In this document: positions 12,186 through 27,100 of the stretch, in pieces | Numbering within the stretch: position 1 is the stretch's first letter | Layout: every line of letters starts with the position of its first letter | Assembly: GCF_026571515.1 (NCBI RefSeq) | Contig: NW_026857252.1 | Coordinates: 62,001 to 126,000 of the forward strand | Reading direction: 5' to 3' | Length of the DNA stretch: 64,000 bases | Source of the DNA: Ruditapes philippinarum | Taxonomy: Eukaryota | Translations under genes and position numbers: made by a program | Notes under the pieces: generated by a model | The model's database searches: none | Told to the model about the DNA's origin: nothing | What the model saw: the letters and a program-made list of their open reading frames with translations, nothing else

Positions 12186-15100
12186 CTGTAAATAGAGCAA
12201 NNNNNNNNNNNNNNNNNNNNNNNNNNNNNNNNNNNNNNNNNNNNNNNNNNNNNNNNNNNNNNNNNNNNNNNNNNNNNNNNNNNNNNNNNNNNNNNNNNNN
12301 NNNNNNNNNNNNNNNNNNNNNNNNNNNNNNNNNNNNNNNNNNNNTTGGCTCATTTCTAAAATTAATAAAGTATTTGTTCTTTTCTGTTCTGTTCTATACA
12401 TATATTTTTTACTAATGCTAATTACGCAAAACAATAACGGAGTATCAACAAATGCACATTTTATACATGTTGTGAAAAGTGTAAAAAACAACACAAGAAA
12501 TACTTACAATTTTTCAATTCAGAAAACAAATAGCGTTGATAAAAGAAAGAAAAAACAACTACGTGCTTGGCTATTTTAATTTTTATCATTGACCCAAAAA
12601 GAAACAAAAGCTAGATTTAGTGGATGTCAAGTTAGTGTTATGATTAAAATAGTGATAGTTAGTTAAGCTAATACGAGTACAAAAGTTTTAGTATGGTGAA
12701 ACAACTACTCAATTTTATATCTTAAATTAAGAAGATGTCTTGCAGATTTTTTTCTTTGAAAAAAGTTAATGTGAACTTATACTGGTGTTTCTTCAAGCAG
12801 CAATAATAAGAAAAATTGATAACATTGATATGTTCTCAGGGATACGAGATATACATGTGCACCTAAACTTTGTTACAAACCTTCTTATTCCCCGAAACAC
12901 CGAGAGATGTTGTTTTGTAAGTGGTCAATGAATTACTCTGTAAAACACTCACGCGTTAGAAAAATTGTTTTGGAAAAATTTAATACCAAAATGACGGTTA
13001 AACAGCATTGGCCGCATTGAAATTTTTGTATGAACTTAACAATGATGTGGCTCCGTATAATACATCATATTCCATTGATATGTTTTTTTTTAAATACTAT
13101 TAAACTTAATTCATAGTAATATATTATTATCCAATAACTGATTCTGTTGTTTTGTAACTTGTCAAATTAAAGGCACATTATGCATCAGAAATAAACGAAT
13201 TGTTCATTCTTTAGGAAAGGCAAATATGAGTTTTATAATATTTGAGTAATGGCTCAAAAGCATTTAAGATGCTTATCTCTTGAAGAAGCTGCGTTGAGTG
13301 TGAAACTATTTGTTATAACAGTAACAAAATGTAAACAAAAGCACTATCTTTACTTCCTTTCAAATACTTAATTACTTTATTTTTACTTATTGCCAAAATG
13401 CAACAGATGCAAAAGATGGTTCAGGTATTTGGACACTGAATAACTGTTTAGACACAAAATCAAATGCTTTGAGAGATGTAAATAAAAGCTTTTCTGGAGC
13501 ATAATGGGCCTTTAAACGATTAAAATTTTAGCAGTTAACACTTTGCGTCAAGAATTTTAAAAAGCCAAACAGTATCGAATTATTTATTATTGAAAGGCTC
13601 ATGTTTGAAAGATAAACAGACGGAAAGTTGAAATCTTTGGCATGATGCATTTTTTTAAATTTCATTTCGTTTATTTTACTTGTTCAAAGAAAATATTCTT
13701 AGACATCACAAATTTCTTATGACTTTCTATAAAGTTCAGGGAACCTTGGTCAGGGATCTCTACAATACTGTTTAATTCATACAAACAAAGTTCAACTTTT
13801 ATAAATATCTTGAAATGGCAATCATTATGGAATTTCAATTTAAAAAGGACTCCACCAGGTTTTTTATAACAGGAATGAAGTTTTTCCCCAGATTTATATT
13901 TCATTTAATTCTTGTCTGGGCCAATATCTTGTGTGAATTCAGATAACTTGCTCACCCCGTATTTCCCGAATAATATTTTCATTGCGCCAAATGACACAAA
14001 ATTCAAAAGCGTTTAACCGCACAGAATTGATTTTGATTTTCATTTTGGATGTATTTCTTATTTGCTTTTGCACAATTTTCGTGTTTTTAGAGTTTCGGAC
14101 CTCAGCGGAGTCTCTTTAACGTATAAAAAAAGAATATAAATCAACATGGCAAAAGCAATTCTGTTTGTACTACTTACTGTTGTCGTCAATAGACGCTGCT
14201 TTACACTGTTCGAGTTTAATTTTCCATATGTTATAGAATCTAAAACAAAGATCACAGATGATAACACAACAACATTTATGATTTAACCATTATATACATT
14301 ACTGACATTTGATTGAAATAAGATAAAAAATAAGTTATATGGAATACGTATAATTTTTATGATGATGTTTATTGCATTTTTACAAACTTGTGAATTGGCA
14401 ATACAAACTAGTTGGGAAAGAAGACATTTGTAGTAAGCATTGATAATATTACAGTTGAAAACAACTTTGTTACTGACATATTCACCAAGCATATCTTGCA
14501 TTTAAATTTTATTAAAGATATGGAAAGCACGTTAGGGGATTCATAAAAAATATCATCAAATTATGGAGCAGAAATGAATGTTTTAATTATATTTCATTTT
14601 TGAGCTTTTATGTTATAAATTAGTATCTTTGCAAAGTATGAAGTACTTTTACAAGGGCACTAAGGTCTTTCTCCACCACAAAAGCTGAAAAGTCGTCCTA
14701 AGACATTCGTTTTATGTACTTGTTCGGAACCAAAAATAAGACCAAAGCTCGCTTTTTAAAGATATTGTTTGACTTTTTCGGACAATTTTTAACTTGAATA
14801 ATTAAAGCTTTTACCTTTCGGCACATCTCTTTTCTTTTGTATTTCTAGAACTGATTGTGCTACCACGAATATTACGGAGTATGCTATCATCACGTCCTTG
14901 GCATACTCATCCACTTTCGCTTTACTAAGATTAATACCAAAGAATATTGTGACAACTGAAAAATATTTAGAAAACGTATCTAATAAAAGCTTTGTTGTTG
15001 TTGTTGTTGTTTTGTAATGACGTGTAAAATTATATCACTTAGCATTTCTTATCAGTATTGTTTTATGGTTTTGGTCAAACAGGATCAATTATTTACAATA

Positions 15101-18100
15101 AATGCAAAAGACAGTTCTATAAGCGTGAGAGGTGGTGCTCTTTTTCGTAACTTTCACTTTTCATAAATATGCTTGATAAAAAACCATATGTTCATAAATC
15201 TATTTTATTCTTGTTCTCGTTGCACTCGAGAGATTTTTTGTTTGTGTGTTTGTTTGTTTGTTTGTTTGTTTGTTTGTTTGTATTATTAACATGGACACAT
15301 AATCCAATTTGACACATACTGGCAGACAATTTCATTTCGGATTTAATGAAAAAGAATATCATTTGTCCGTAAGACGTTTATCAATATTCTACTCTAAAAA
15401 TTATGGTTTCTGATTAAATATACAATCATTTTAAATGGTAATGAATAACTCTTAACAAAATGATATACAAAAACATTGTTTGACTAATTTATTGTGTAAT
15501 ATTTGCTTAAGAGTCAACTGGTCACTAATGTATCATAAATTGCTATATTTTGTTCCTAATTACAATTTAGTAACTTTGATATTTTTACATGTCATAATAC
15601 TTCTATTGTATTATGACGTTGTTGCATTTGTTTATTTAGGTCTGAAGATTGTAAACGTTATTTTTGTTTAAGAAGAGAGACATGTTATTATGTTTTGTCC
15701 TTAATAAAGTCTTTAAATCTCTAGAAAAAAATCTTCTCTATTACACGTGTCAAGATTTTACTTTCGTAGTTTAATGTAAAGGATTATTTTCTGTTTTCTT
15801 CAGTTTTTACAATACTGCCATTTGTATGTTATTAAATAGACTATCTGAAAGAAACCATTATTCAAAAATGAAACAATATAAATCAACAAAGAGTATTCAG
15901 ACATTGAAAATAATTTTCATTATTTTTCCGATCTTAAAGCCTTAGAAATGAAACTAATTAATTATTTTCAAATTGAAACAACGCTTTAGAAACGGCTTTG
16001 TAACTAGTATCTTTAAGCACATGAAAAGTTTTGTAACGGTTTTGTTAATGACAAATTATAGTTCATTGTTATAAATCAATTTATTTGTTCTGTTGAACAA
16101 AAGTAATATCTACACGCAAATGATATCGTTTTGATAGTCGTCGTTCCAGTTTTTTTAATGTCTTTGCGTGCCTGTAGATTATGATTCAAGTTCTTAGATA
16201 AAATAGAAGCACTATTAATGAACGCCAAACATAGAAAGGTTAAGAAAATAGGTCCACTATGAAAGAACGCGAGACATATATGAGTTGAAAATGTTGCAGA
16301 CTCAGTTAAAGTCCTGCATGACAAGAAATGATGTCTTCTTCTTAACCATATACTAACATTAAAACTTATCATTTTGATGACACGTTGCATGACAAGAAAT
16401 GATGTATTCTTCTTAACCTTATACTAACATTAAAACTTATCATTTTGATGACACGTTGCATGACAAGAAATGATGTATTCTTCTTAACTATATACTAACA
16501 TTTAAACTTATCATTTTGATGACACGTTGCATGACAAGAAATGATGTATTCTTCTTAACCATATACTAACATTTAAACTTATCATTTTGATGACACGTTG
16601 CATGACAAGAAATGATGTATTCTTCTTAACCATATACTAACATTTAAACTTATCATTTTGATGACACGTTGCATGACAAGAAATGATGTATTCTTCTTAA
16701 CCATATTATAAACTTATCATTTTGATGACACGTTTGTATGAGCATGTGTGTTATAATTATTAACATAACATACGCGTATGTATGTAGGGAGGTAGGTAGG
16801 TAGGAAGGTACGTACGTACGTACGCAGGTAGACGAAACACACCACCTCAACGGATCAAACTATGACTAAAAACTTTGAATATATAAGGGATACAAATAAA
16901 TATGGAGGTCCCTACAATGGTGAAACGATATTCATCCCTTGTTATATAATTTAAGATTATTTGCTCGTATGTATGTACATGAATGCGTTGACAATATATT
17001 GTCACCTATTAATGAATTTCATCCTCAATTGACTAATTGTACAAATACGACATAGTCTTTGTACCGGGTGTCACCTATTAATGAATTTCATCCTCAATTG
17101 ACTAATTGTACAAATACGACATATATATATAGTCTTTGTACCGGGCTTTCTCAAAGATAACTTTGATATAAAATTATTCAAACTTTCTTCTTTAGATATC
17201 AGAAATGTTAGATTTCTTAACTAATTCGCCTCTGTTTTCAAAAGGTTTCCATATATTTACCTGCAATTATATGCGCTGCTGTTCCGACGCTAAAATGTGC
17301 CCAGTTAAAAATAGGTCTATGTTGATGGTCGACCGGCGGACGAAATAGTGCCATAATCGGCTGAAATTAAATAATAATAAGATATTTGGGACGCATAACA
17401 CTACAAAGTTATCTAAACAAGTCAATTTCCGGAACACCTCATCGAATTAAAATGAAAATATTGAATTTGATTAAATATTCAAAAATTGTATCATAATACA
17501 TGTAAAATGATGCCCTGCAAGCAAACATACATATCCATCACGACCTCCCCTATTTGGCTATTTTTCGTCTATCTGTACCCACACTCCACCATGGTGGATT
17601 GGGCAGTGTTACTCTTGACATATACACACCAGGTCAACGGTTTTAAGTCCCAATGAATCATATGTTTTACAAAGTGAATCAGCGATTGAATTAGCGAAAG
17701 GACAACCTTGTATCGTACCTTGTAATATTTCTTTCATACTGTTACTTACATTTAAAAGAGTAAGGCATGTGACAATTATCCCTAGGTATGGATGGGCTTT
17801 TGTATATTCTTTACCAGGATCAGCTGATATCTGTAAATACATCATAAATGTTGTATTATTCATTGAAGTTCAAAGCCTAACAGATAAAAACACTTATGAT
17901 GAGCATCTATACTCTTTACCAGGCTAATAATTCTTTTCCTAATAACTAAACTGTAATTACCAGTTTCTCTACAAATGAGCAACAATTAAACCTACATTAT
18001 TTCTGAATCAGCCGTCGGAGACAAATAAGCATTTGTCTCAATGTCCGAGAAATATTATCACAGAGAAAATTTTGCCTCGCACCAGCATCCTCCGGATTAC

Positions 18101-21100
18101 AAATTCGATATTGCATTCTCAGAGCAGTGTTAAATTTATTTAGAAAGTTTGTGTTGATCCTAGATATAATAACACTTGAGTGATCTCCATTATACAATAA
18201 TAATTGTGCCGAAGTTTCAACGAGAATAAGTGTGACAATGTGACATATGATTGTGCTTAACATAAAATAAACGCTAAATCTTACTTGGCTGAATCCACCA
18301 ATCTCGTAAAATATAGCAACGAATGCAATAATCACACACAGAAGTACAACAAACATTAAAGTTCTATGAATCTGAAAAAGAAAAAAATGTTCCAATCATA
18401 CACGTAACTGAACGCCTTTTATATCTTAGATACACATTAAAACAGGCTCTGAAAATTCAAATAAACTAGAGTTGTAAAAGAACACATACACGTAACTGAA
18501 CGCCTTATATATTTTAGATACATCTTAAAACAAGCATCTATGTTGTCTCTAAAGAATACAAAATAAACACTGTATCAATTTATATGCATATAATAGTGTT
18601 TCAGGTAAGTTGCAAGTATGATGAATATTGGAATAAATAATTAAGCTTCTGTAACTGTTTCGTATTGCACTGTAGCGTACAATATCCCTCATGAACAAAT
18701 TCAATGAAACCGAATCTTCATATCATATTGTTATTTTCATTGCTTTCGCTTACAGGGGATCTCCTCTTTTTACAGAATTTCAAGAAGATTTTGAACATAA
18801 GAGATGTCAGATTTTGGGCTGAATGAAAATATTCTTTGCTAACAAAAATCAATTTGAGACACAAAGAAATGACTGAACTAGCTTACGAAAAGCCCTTTAG
18901 ATACGTACACCAACTGGAAAGTATGTTAAATAATTTGTACCCAACACATATTGTGAAAATATATTCTATACTTACAGCAAACCAGTATCGTACGTTACAC
19001 ATCATTTTACCATGGGCCATAGATTTGAAATGTCTGGCTATCACAACCCCAATGCTCGAGCACAGCACCCATGCAACGACCATAAGAGATCCTGTATGTA
19101 AATACACATATTTTCAAATGAAATGAAATAAACAAATGTAAAAAGGACATAAAAACTTCTTAATCCTCATTATGCTTAACATCTTATGCAAATCCTTGAG
19201 TACATATCTTAATCAATGAAATTTATTTTATCTATGAAATTCTTACTGACTTTGTCTAATTTAATTTTATTTTAATGAATAAAATGTGTGGGAAGCTTCG
19301 TTCCCTATTACATCAAGTGCAGTTTGTATCTTTCTTTAAAAAATGCCATTTTTAAAGACAAAATATATACTCATATTGTGACCACCTATAGTGTGTAGAA
19401 TTCTAAACATAACATATCTACTTTTTGAGCAGTCAAAACATATTTATTCTATATTTTCAAAGAGACTGTGTAGCAATTATCAATATTTTCTTATATCAAT
19501 TTTGAGCATAGTATATCTTTTAATTATCATTAATGGACTTCACTGAGCTTGTTTTCAAGTTATTTGCCCATGATTTGTTCTCCTTTTTTGTAGCTGACAC
19601 CCTTTTGAATGATTGTTCAATTTTTTAAGTAAAGTTGTCTTTGGTTTTTGGATTCAACAGCAGATAATTCGAAAAGGTTCTCTTTTCGGTTTTTCTATCA
19701 TCAGGTAAAAATCCTAGATGTTTAAATATCCCTGAAATAGAAATAAAATAATTTTAGAGAATTACTTTTAGAAAAGATTGAAACATAATTCACAAACCGT
19801 GCAGTTTGATAAGAGGTGATGCCGAATCAGATTCTTTTGAAACTTTGTGGGACAGGAAGTCGACTTTTCCAGAGCTTCTTACTGGAATTTTTGTGTGTTG
19901 TTGTTTAATACCTGAAATGAGATGTAAACATTTCATCATATATTTTCGGTTAATCTATTTCTGTCTTATTAACCTTTATCACAATATTTTATTTGGTGCT
20001 TTTTAACTTGTTTTTTATTGAAGGCAAACATAATTTTGATTTTGCTTAAACTTTGCATGCACGTGTCTTTTAATGCATATATCTAATCTTTGTTGTCAAT
20101 TATGTGGTCATACCTTAAGTATCAATTTAAAACTTCATAGGTGGATAGTTCTTAATGAGGAGTGCAATACGACGTATGTATGATTCATATTTCTATCAAT
20201 ATTTGTTTTCATTCTAATGTTTGGACAGAGGACGATAACTCAAAAAGTACAAAAGGTATCATTTTGAAACTTAATACGTAGTAACATATTCTTAAGGAGA
20301 ATTGCACTGTACAATGATGATAATTCTACCTTTCACTGCTTTAAGGAGTAAATATTGCCCTTTCTTATTCGTCATGCTTAATTTTTGTTCGAAGCATGTC
20401 TCGATAACTACAATTACATATATTTAGTTATTGCTCTTTGGTTTAAACAATAATTATTTCTTCTTCAATATTTACAAACATAATTACAATTCATAAATTA
20501 CATCCAGGATGATACTCTCTCCTGAGTTATTGCTCTTTGTTAGTTGCATGCTTAATGTTTGTGTTGGACATAATTTAACAGGTGTGTGGATTATTAACTT
20601 CAATTTTTTTTAACTAGACAGATCTTAATGAGTAGGAGCGATCGACAAGTATAATAGCTCTTCACTTCTTTATTTTTAAGTTAATGCTCTTAATGTCTTT
20701 TCTTTCATATTATTTTCCGGTCCATAATACATAAAGCTTTAAAGATGTAACATGTAAACGTCATCCATTTGGAAGATTGATCACAGTAAGATGAAATGCA
20801 GTCGAGTTATTGCCATTTATTTTATTGCATTGTTTTTGTGTTTTGTTTTTTTAATTTGCACAGATTATAACTTAAAAAATTTAAAAAGATATCAGCATGA
20901 AACTTCATTGGTGAATAGGTCTTAAATACCAGCTTTGTGAACTTTTTGTTTTATTGTTCTTTGATTTTTGTTTTATCTGTCAGTCAGTGCGTGCAATTTG
21001 CGCTATCCTCTTTTTATAATTTTTCTCTTAACTTGCGGGGGGAATTGAAATTATGCGAATGCGTCATGATATGTAATGTACTTTCTGAGAAGATATACAT

Positions 21101-24100
21101 TAATATCTTTAAAAAAAAACTGAAAATTGAAAGTAAGGGATCAGCTGGCCCATGCCATTTGCATGCAATCCAATAGATGATTGATAATGCCACATCAGTT
21201 GATATAAAAGCAAAAACAGAGCAATATTTTACAAATCTTCCTAAAACGTATGACCAAATGCGTCAAAAATGATTGTCTTAATATATTGATTTCACTGCAG
21301 CTGACAAATTCTAATGTCACCATTCTCATTGGCCAAGCCTTCTTATGTGACTTTGGTACGGTCATAAAGTACACTTATATTCCCCCCCCCCCCCCCCCCC
21401 CCCCGCTATTGTTTCGTAAAAAAATTGCGGTAAATGATAGAAAAAGTAAGAAATGATGGAATAAGATTGAATTCGAGGTATGAAAAATGGCATAGATGTC
21501 TTGCAAGGTTTACAATTTGTCGGTATGCATTCAGGGAAATAGTATGATTTTATAAAATGACGTCATCGATATATCAACCAATCAAAAGTACCGTTTACAA
21601 CTGGTCCATGTCCAACAAGAAGATATGCTTCGTCCTTCAGATTCATGAAATCAGTAACATTCATCGACATTTTTCGCGTGAACGAACATTCTATTTTCTT
21701 GCCTTTGACTGATCCTTGCATATTTGATAGGCCTAACGTTTTCTGAAAGTAAGTAGATGTACATATGAGAACAAAGACCAACACAATACAGGAGACAGAA
21801 CACTTTGGAACACCTTAGAGTGCAGAAAAAATACGCAAGTACCTTACGATGAAAATATCTTTTTTATCTTTAATCTGCTCCATTTCTTAAATGGATTTGA
21901 AATGCTTCTATTTTTGGAGTCTGTAATCCACCAGTATAGTTCCTGGTAAGATAACACAGATGCAAAGGCTGGATTGGCACTATACTAATGACAAAAGCCA
22001 ATCATGTTCCTTTCCAACATACTATTGGTTAAAGATATTCGCAACAAGTTGCAGAGGTACTTTATACATGCTAACTTTAGTTAGTTTGTGTTAATCATCA
22101 TCATTTATCTGAAGTTTAATCAGTAACAAAACATGTTCAACGTAAAAAGGGAACTTTACATAGAAACTTAATAGAAAGAAAATTAATTGATAAGAAAATG
22201 AATTATAGAAACAACATAAAGAGAAATAATTAAATTGAAAATAATTATACAAAACTTAAGGATGGAGAAATCATAGCAAGAAAAGGAATATATAGGGATA
22301 TTTAAGTGATAAAGAAATATATGATATATTAAAAGTTACTGAGATACTCAAATATGAATTTGACAAAGATACTTATTATCTACACACTACCCTATGATTC
22401 AGAAATAAAGTTGATTTTCATTAATAAAACTTATTAAAAGCTGCGTGTTCTAAAATTATTTATCAACATACCAACATATCTAAGATCATCAGGTACCTCT
22501 ATATTAACGGATATTGTTGGCCTTAACAAACTTTATAGGTATATAACACCAGTATGCTGACTTGAGATGATTGAGATGCATTGTAGTATATAATCAATTA
22601 GAAATATATTATGATTCGATTGCTCGCATGTAAAACGAAAAAGGCAACTATTATAATACAGCGTGATCTTTTACATGAAGGAGCAAGCTACACCAGGTAC
22701 CAATTGAAAGATGGACATAAAGAAAAAACACTTCTCTCTTTTATGTTTCCTACGTAGCATTATTGTGCATAATTGTAATATCAGTTCTTCTTATTAATAA
22801 TATGTTACTTTGACTACTCTGATATTTTTACATTCCATTGTCAGTACATGTATGAATGTTAGTACCGAAATAATAGATATAATTATTCAACGAGAACAAG
22901 AAAATAGACAATAAAACCTTGCTGTACATAACGTTTGTATAACCCTCATTGTGTGAGGACTCGACGCTAACATTGTTTCTTCCTGTAAGACACGCAATAA
23001 CATTGGTGTCATCCTGAAAAAAAAGATGTTTAAACTAATTAAATTTCAAGGTGACATTGTTAGACTCATATATTGTCATTTTTAATGAAAATTAAAAAGA
23101 AAATAATGTAAGAAGGAAATGGTTTTGATAAAGTGTTTCTACTTATGTTGTGGTAATAATTAGATACGTTTATTTTTCTTTCGAAAAGGTGGATTTTGAA
23201 TGATTACTTTATTTTTATCTCCAAGGCAATACCACAAATGCCCTATATAATCTGTAATATAACACATCTTTTATAACAGTCCTTAAAACTTATTCAATCA
23301 AATTATTTATATTCAAATCTATAAGATTTACAAAAATGTAGTTTGAAGAACTAATAATAAGTTAATATCATTAAAAAAACAAAAATGTTCAATAGAACTA
23401 CAATCTCATTTTAAAACTAATACAAAAGGCAGTTAACCATTTTGCCAGTCGGTGAAAACCCTATTGCAATCCAAACATTGTCTGTTTCCTCCAACACCAT
23501 TTTAAACTCAAAATGTACCCCATCAGTATCAGCAGCAGCATTGTTGATATTGTCCATACTGTTAGAATCTACCTGCCACGTGACGAGATATTCACAGCCG
23601 TTGGAGCAGTCTGGGAAACAGCCTTTGCTTACTCCACATTCAGGATCATTTGGTATATTATTCTGTGGAGCCTTGCAAAGGATCAAAGATATAAAAAGGT
23701 GAATGGATAGTCCTCAAGGTACCAGTAAATAAAAACGATAACATTGTAAACATTTTCAATAAGAAATATAAAATTGGAATCCCCAAAGAACGCCAAAAAA
23801 TGATAAAATATACAAATTTAAAATGTTGCAGGCTCGGTTTGATTGAATCTGTTCATGGACGATACTGGAAGGTGCAAATTATCGACCACACGCCCTAACA
23901 CAGGCTTTAGCATAATTCAACATTTAATCATGGTAATGGTAAACAAATTTGAATTTAGAAACATTCCCAGATAAAAACATTAAACAGCTTTGTAGAAAGA
24001 AACTGTTTAGCTTGACAAGGCGTGTTATTGTCATGTGACCTAGTGAAATTACTTCATGTAGCAAGCTTTCCAGGTCTTGTTCAGAATACAGATGTACTTC

Positions 24101-27100
24101 CGTTTAGAATCAATGAAAGTGTTCAATAAGAAAACTTCTGCGGAATGCTTTCTGAAGATGGGAGATATAACAAATGTCTCCAAAAAGACTTAATAAATAA
24201 TAAATAATCCTATTCAAGTATGACATTTCTTAAATTAAATGTTTATGTTATGTTCTAAAATACAGTTATAAATATAAAACATTTTGTGATGATGTTGGGA
24301 TATGTGGATATGTTTTTTTTTAAAAATACATTTTGAATGAGTAAAAAGGTATAAAATGGTAAAGTTTACACCAAAATTGACTTCAGATAAGATTGTGTGC
24401 CTTGAACCTTCTTTTGTTGCGCTTTATATCAATAATCATTTATTATAAAATAATTTGAAGATAAGATTACATTTTAAGTGTCTGAAAAAGCAATCACTTA
24501 TCTAACGTTAAACGAAATGTTAATTTTATCATGACAATCGCTTTAGTAACAACCGTCAATTTTAGATTCTTCTGTTATAAGTATAACAACACTGTTTTAT
24601 ACAAGTATGAGCTTCAAACAAAATGCCATAATAGATTAGACGTATGCCGGGTCGGTAAGTCAATTACGTACTGCAAAATAGAGAAAAACAGAATCCCTTA
24701 AGAAAGCCAAACAAGGCAATATTGAAAATGTTGCAGTCTCGGTTTGTCTGTTCATGGACGATACTGGAAATACTGTACTGTCGATATGAAAATAAACCAT
24801 CTGGGTAACTAACAAATGTCATTGTGAGCTCTAATTCGTCTTCATTGTACATCAAATTTCTCACATTGGGCAAGATTGTAAAGAGAAAAATTTTTGGCTA
24901 GAAACGTGGCGGTAAAACAACATATTGTCTTGAACTTAAAGACATATTTACCGGGCTGGTGGTAAGTGGTTGTACTGTAGTTATGTTAGCATTTCTCGAC
25001 AGGATATTAACTTTTCCAGGGCTTCTGATTGGTATTTTTGTGTGCTGGTATTTAATACCTGAAATGAGATGCAAATTCTGTTCAATATTGATAATGTAGA
25101 AACATTTCAACGGACGAAAGTTTAAGGACACAGTGCACAAAGAAAACGTTGGTCATGCATGACTGTGTTTATGTCAGTCGGACGCATTTCATCCTCATGA
25201 TAACTTCGTGTGATAAGTACATTGAATAAAATCCACTGTTAACTTCAACACAGATACCTGCTACATAAATTACAAACATTGATTGCAATTGAATATACCA
25301 ATGTATTTAACTGACAACATTACGCATATGCATCTAATTACGAACGCAGCTGTGTTATGCTTACCTGTATGCTATTCAGTAGCTAATTGATATTGTTATA
25401 CCTCCCATGTTAAATCTACACGTGATTTGTCTAATATTTTGTCTTGCAAGGTCATGCATTAAGGAAACCGTATGATTTCTAAAAAATAACATAATTGATG
25501 ACAATTAACAATAAAAATTACCTTTTACAACTGGTCCATGTCCAACAAGAAGATACACCTCGTTCTTTAGATTCAAGAAATCAGATACATTCATTGCAAT
25601 GTGTCGCGTAAACGAACATTCTATTAAATTTCCATGAACTGAACCTGACATAGCTAATAGGCCTAACGTTTTCTGAAAGAAGAAATGCATTTTAGTAAAA
25701 AAGCAATCAAAGTAGATAAATTGAAAATGATGCTGATTGCCGACAAAGCCTGAATACTTTAATACCTACAACACTCTCTTATGTTAGTAAGAAAATATAA
25801 TATTCTGTTACATAATCGAAAAATAAATATAATGATTTTGTCACATTCCCAACGTTCTATAGCTAATGCAATGGCTTTTGACGGTCATGTTTTGATAACG
25901 AAACTCCAGGGCCGTCATTACTGTAAGCTTACTCTACAAGGGGCCCTAAGTCACGCATATTAAAAATGGAAATCAGCGGCTCCTTTTCATGTGACTTTAT
26001 CCATTTGTATGCGTTAACAGTTTTCATTCAGGAATTCATGTTATTCATATTGATCTGTTACTTTGAATTCTGAGACATCTACATTTAATTGTCATTTCAA
26101 GTATGATGATATTTCAGAAGAAATGAACATGAATATATCTATTTCAAATTTCATACCGTGCTGTACATAACGTTTTTATAACCCTTATTGTGTGACGACT
26201 CGACGCTTACAGTGTTTCTTCCTGTTAGACACGCAATAACATTGGTACCATCCTGCAATAGATGTTTCAGCATGTGAGGTTATTAAACGTTTATATTTTC
26301 ATTTTTTAACAAAATATCTATTAAATAGAAATATATCAAGGAAATGGTTCACAAAAGATTCGCCTTCTGAATATGTGATATTAACTAATATAACATCTAA
26401 CCGATTTCAAAGCTAAATTTTCAAAAAGAACGTTATTCTACTTTAAAAAATAATACAAGAAATTAACCATTATGCCAGTCGGTGCAATAAATAAAATAGA
26501 AATATAAATCTAAATAGAAATATATCCAGGAAATGGTTCACAAAAGAATCACCTTCTGAATATGTGATATTAACTAATATAACATCCAACCGTTTTCATA
26601 AGCTTAATTTTCAAAAAAAACGTTTATCTACTTTAAAAAATAATACAAGCAATTAACCATTAGGCCAGTTGGTGAAAGCCCTACTGCAATCCACACATTG
26701 TCTGTTTCCTCCAATACCATTCTAAGCTCAAAGTGTACCCACTCAGCATAATAATCATCTTCATCATCATCCCCAGCAGCAGCAGCATGTGTGTCATTAC
26801 TTTTAAAAACAGTATGCCACGTGACGAGATATTCACAGCCGTTGGAGCAATCTGGGAAGCAGCCTTTGCTTACTCCACACTCAGGATCATTTGGTATATT
26901 ATTCCGTGGAACCTTGTAAAGGGAAAGAAACACGAGAAGGTGAATAAACCTCAAGAAAACAGTTCAAGTTCAAAGGATAAAATTCTAACGATGACATTCT
27001 TAAATGATGTACTTCAAAAATCCAAGTGAAATGCAACCAAAATTTTTGCAGAAAAAAATATTTTATTAATTTTGGTTTTTTCTTTATTATTTCATGATAA

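Noticed and set aside
16316-16734. Regular repeats resembling a CRISPR array (also 50725-50987)
   Set aside because: Units are contiguous with no unique spacers, no cas genes are present, and the context is eukaryotic.
21382-21404. Poly-C tract giving a poly-Pro ORF
   Set aside because: Intronic homopolymer, antisense to the gene; length probably unreliable.
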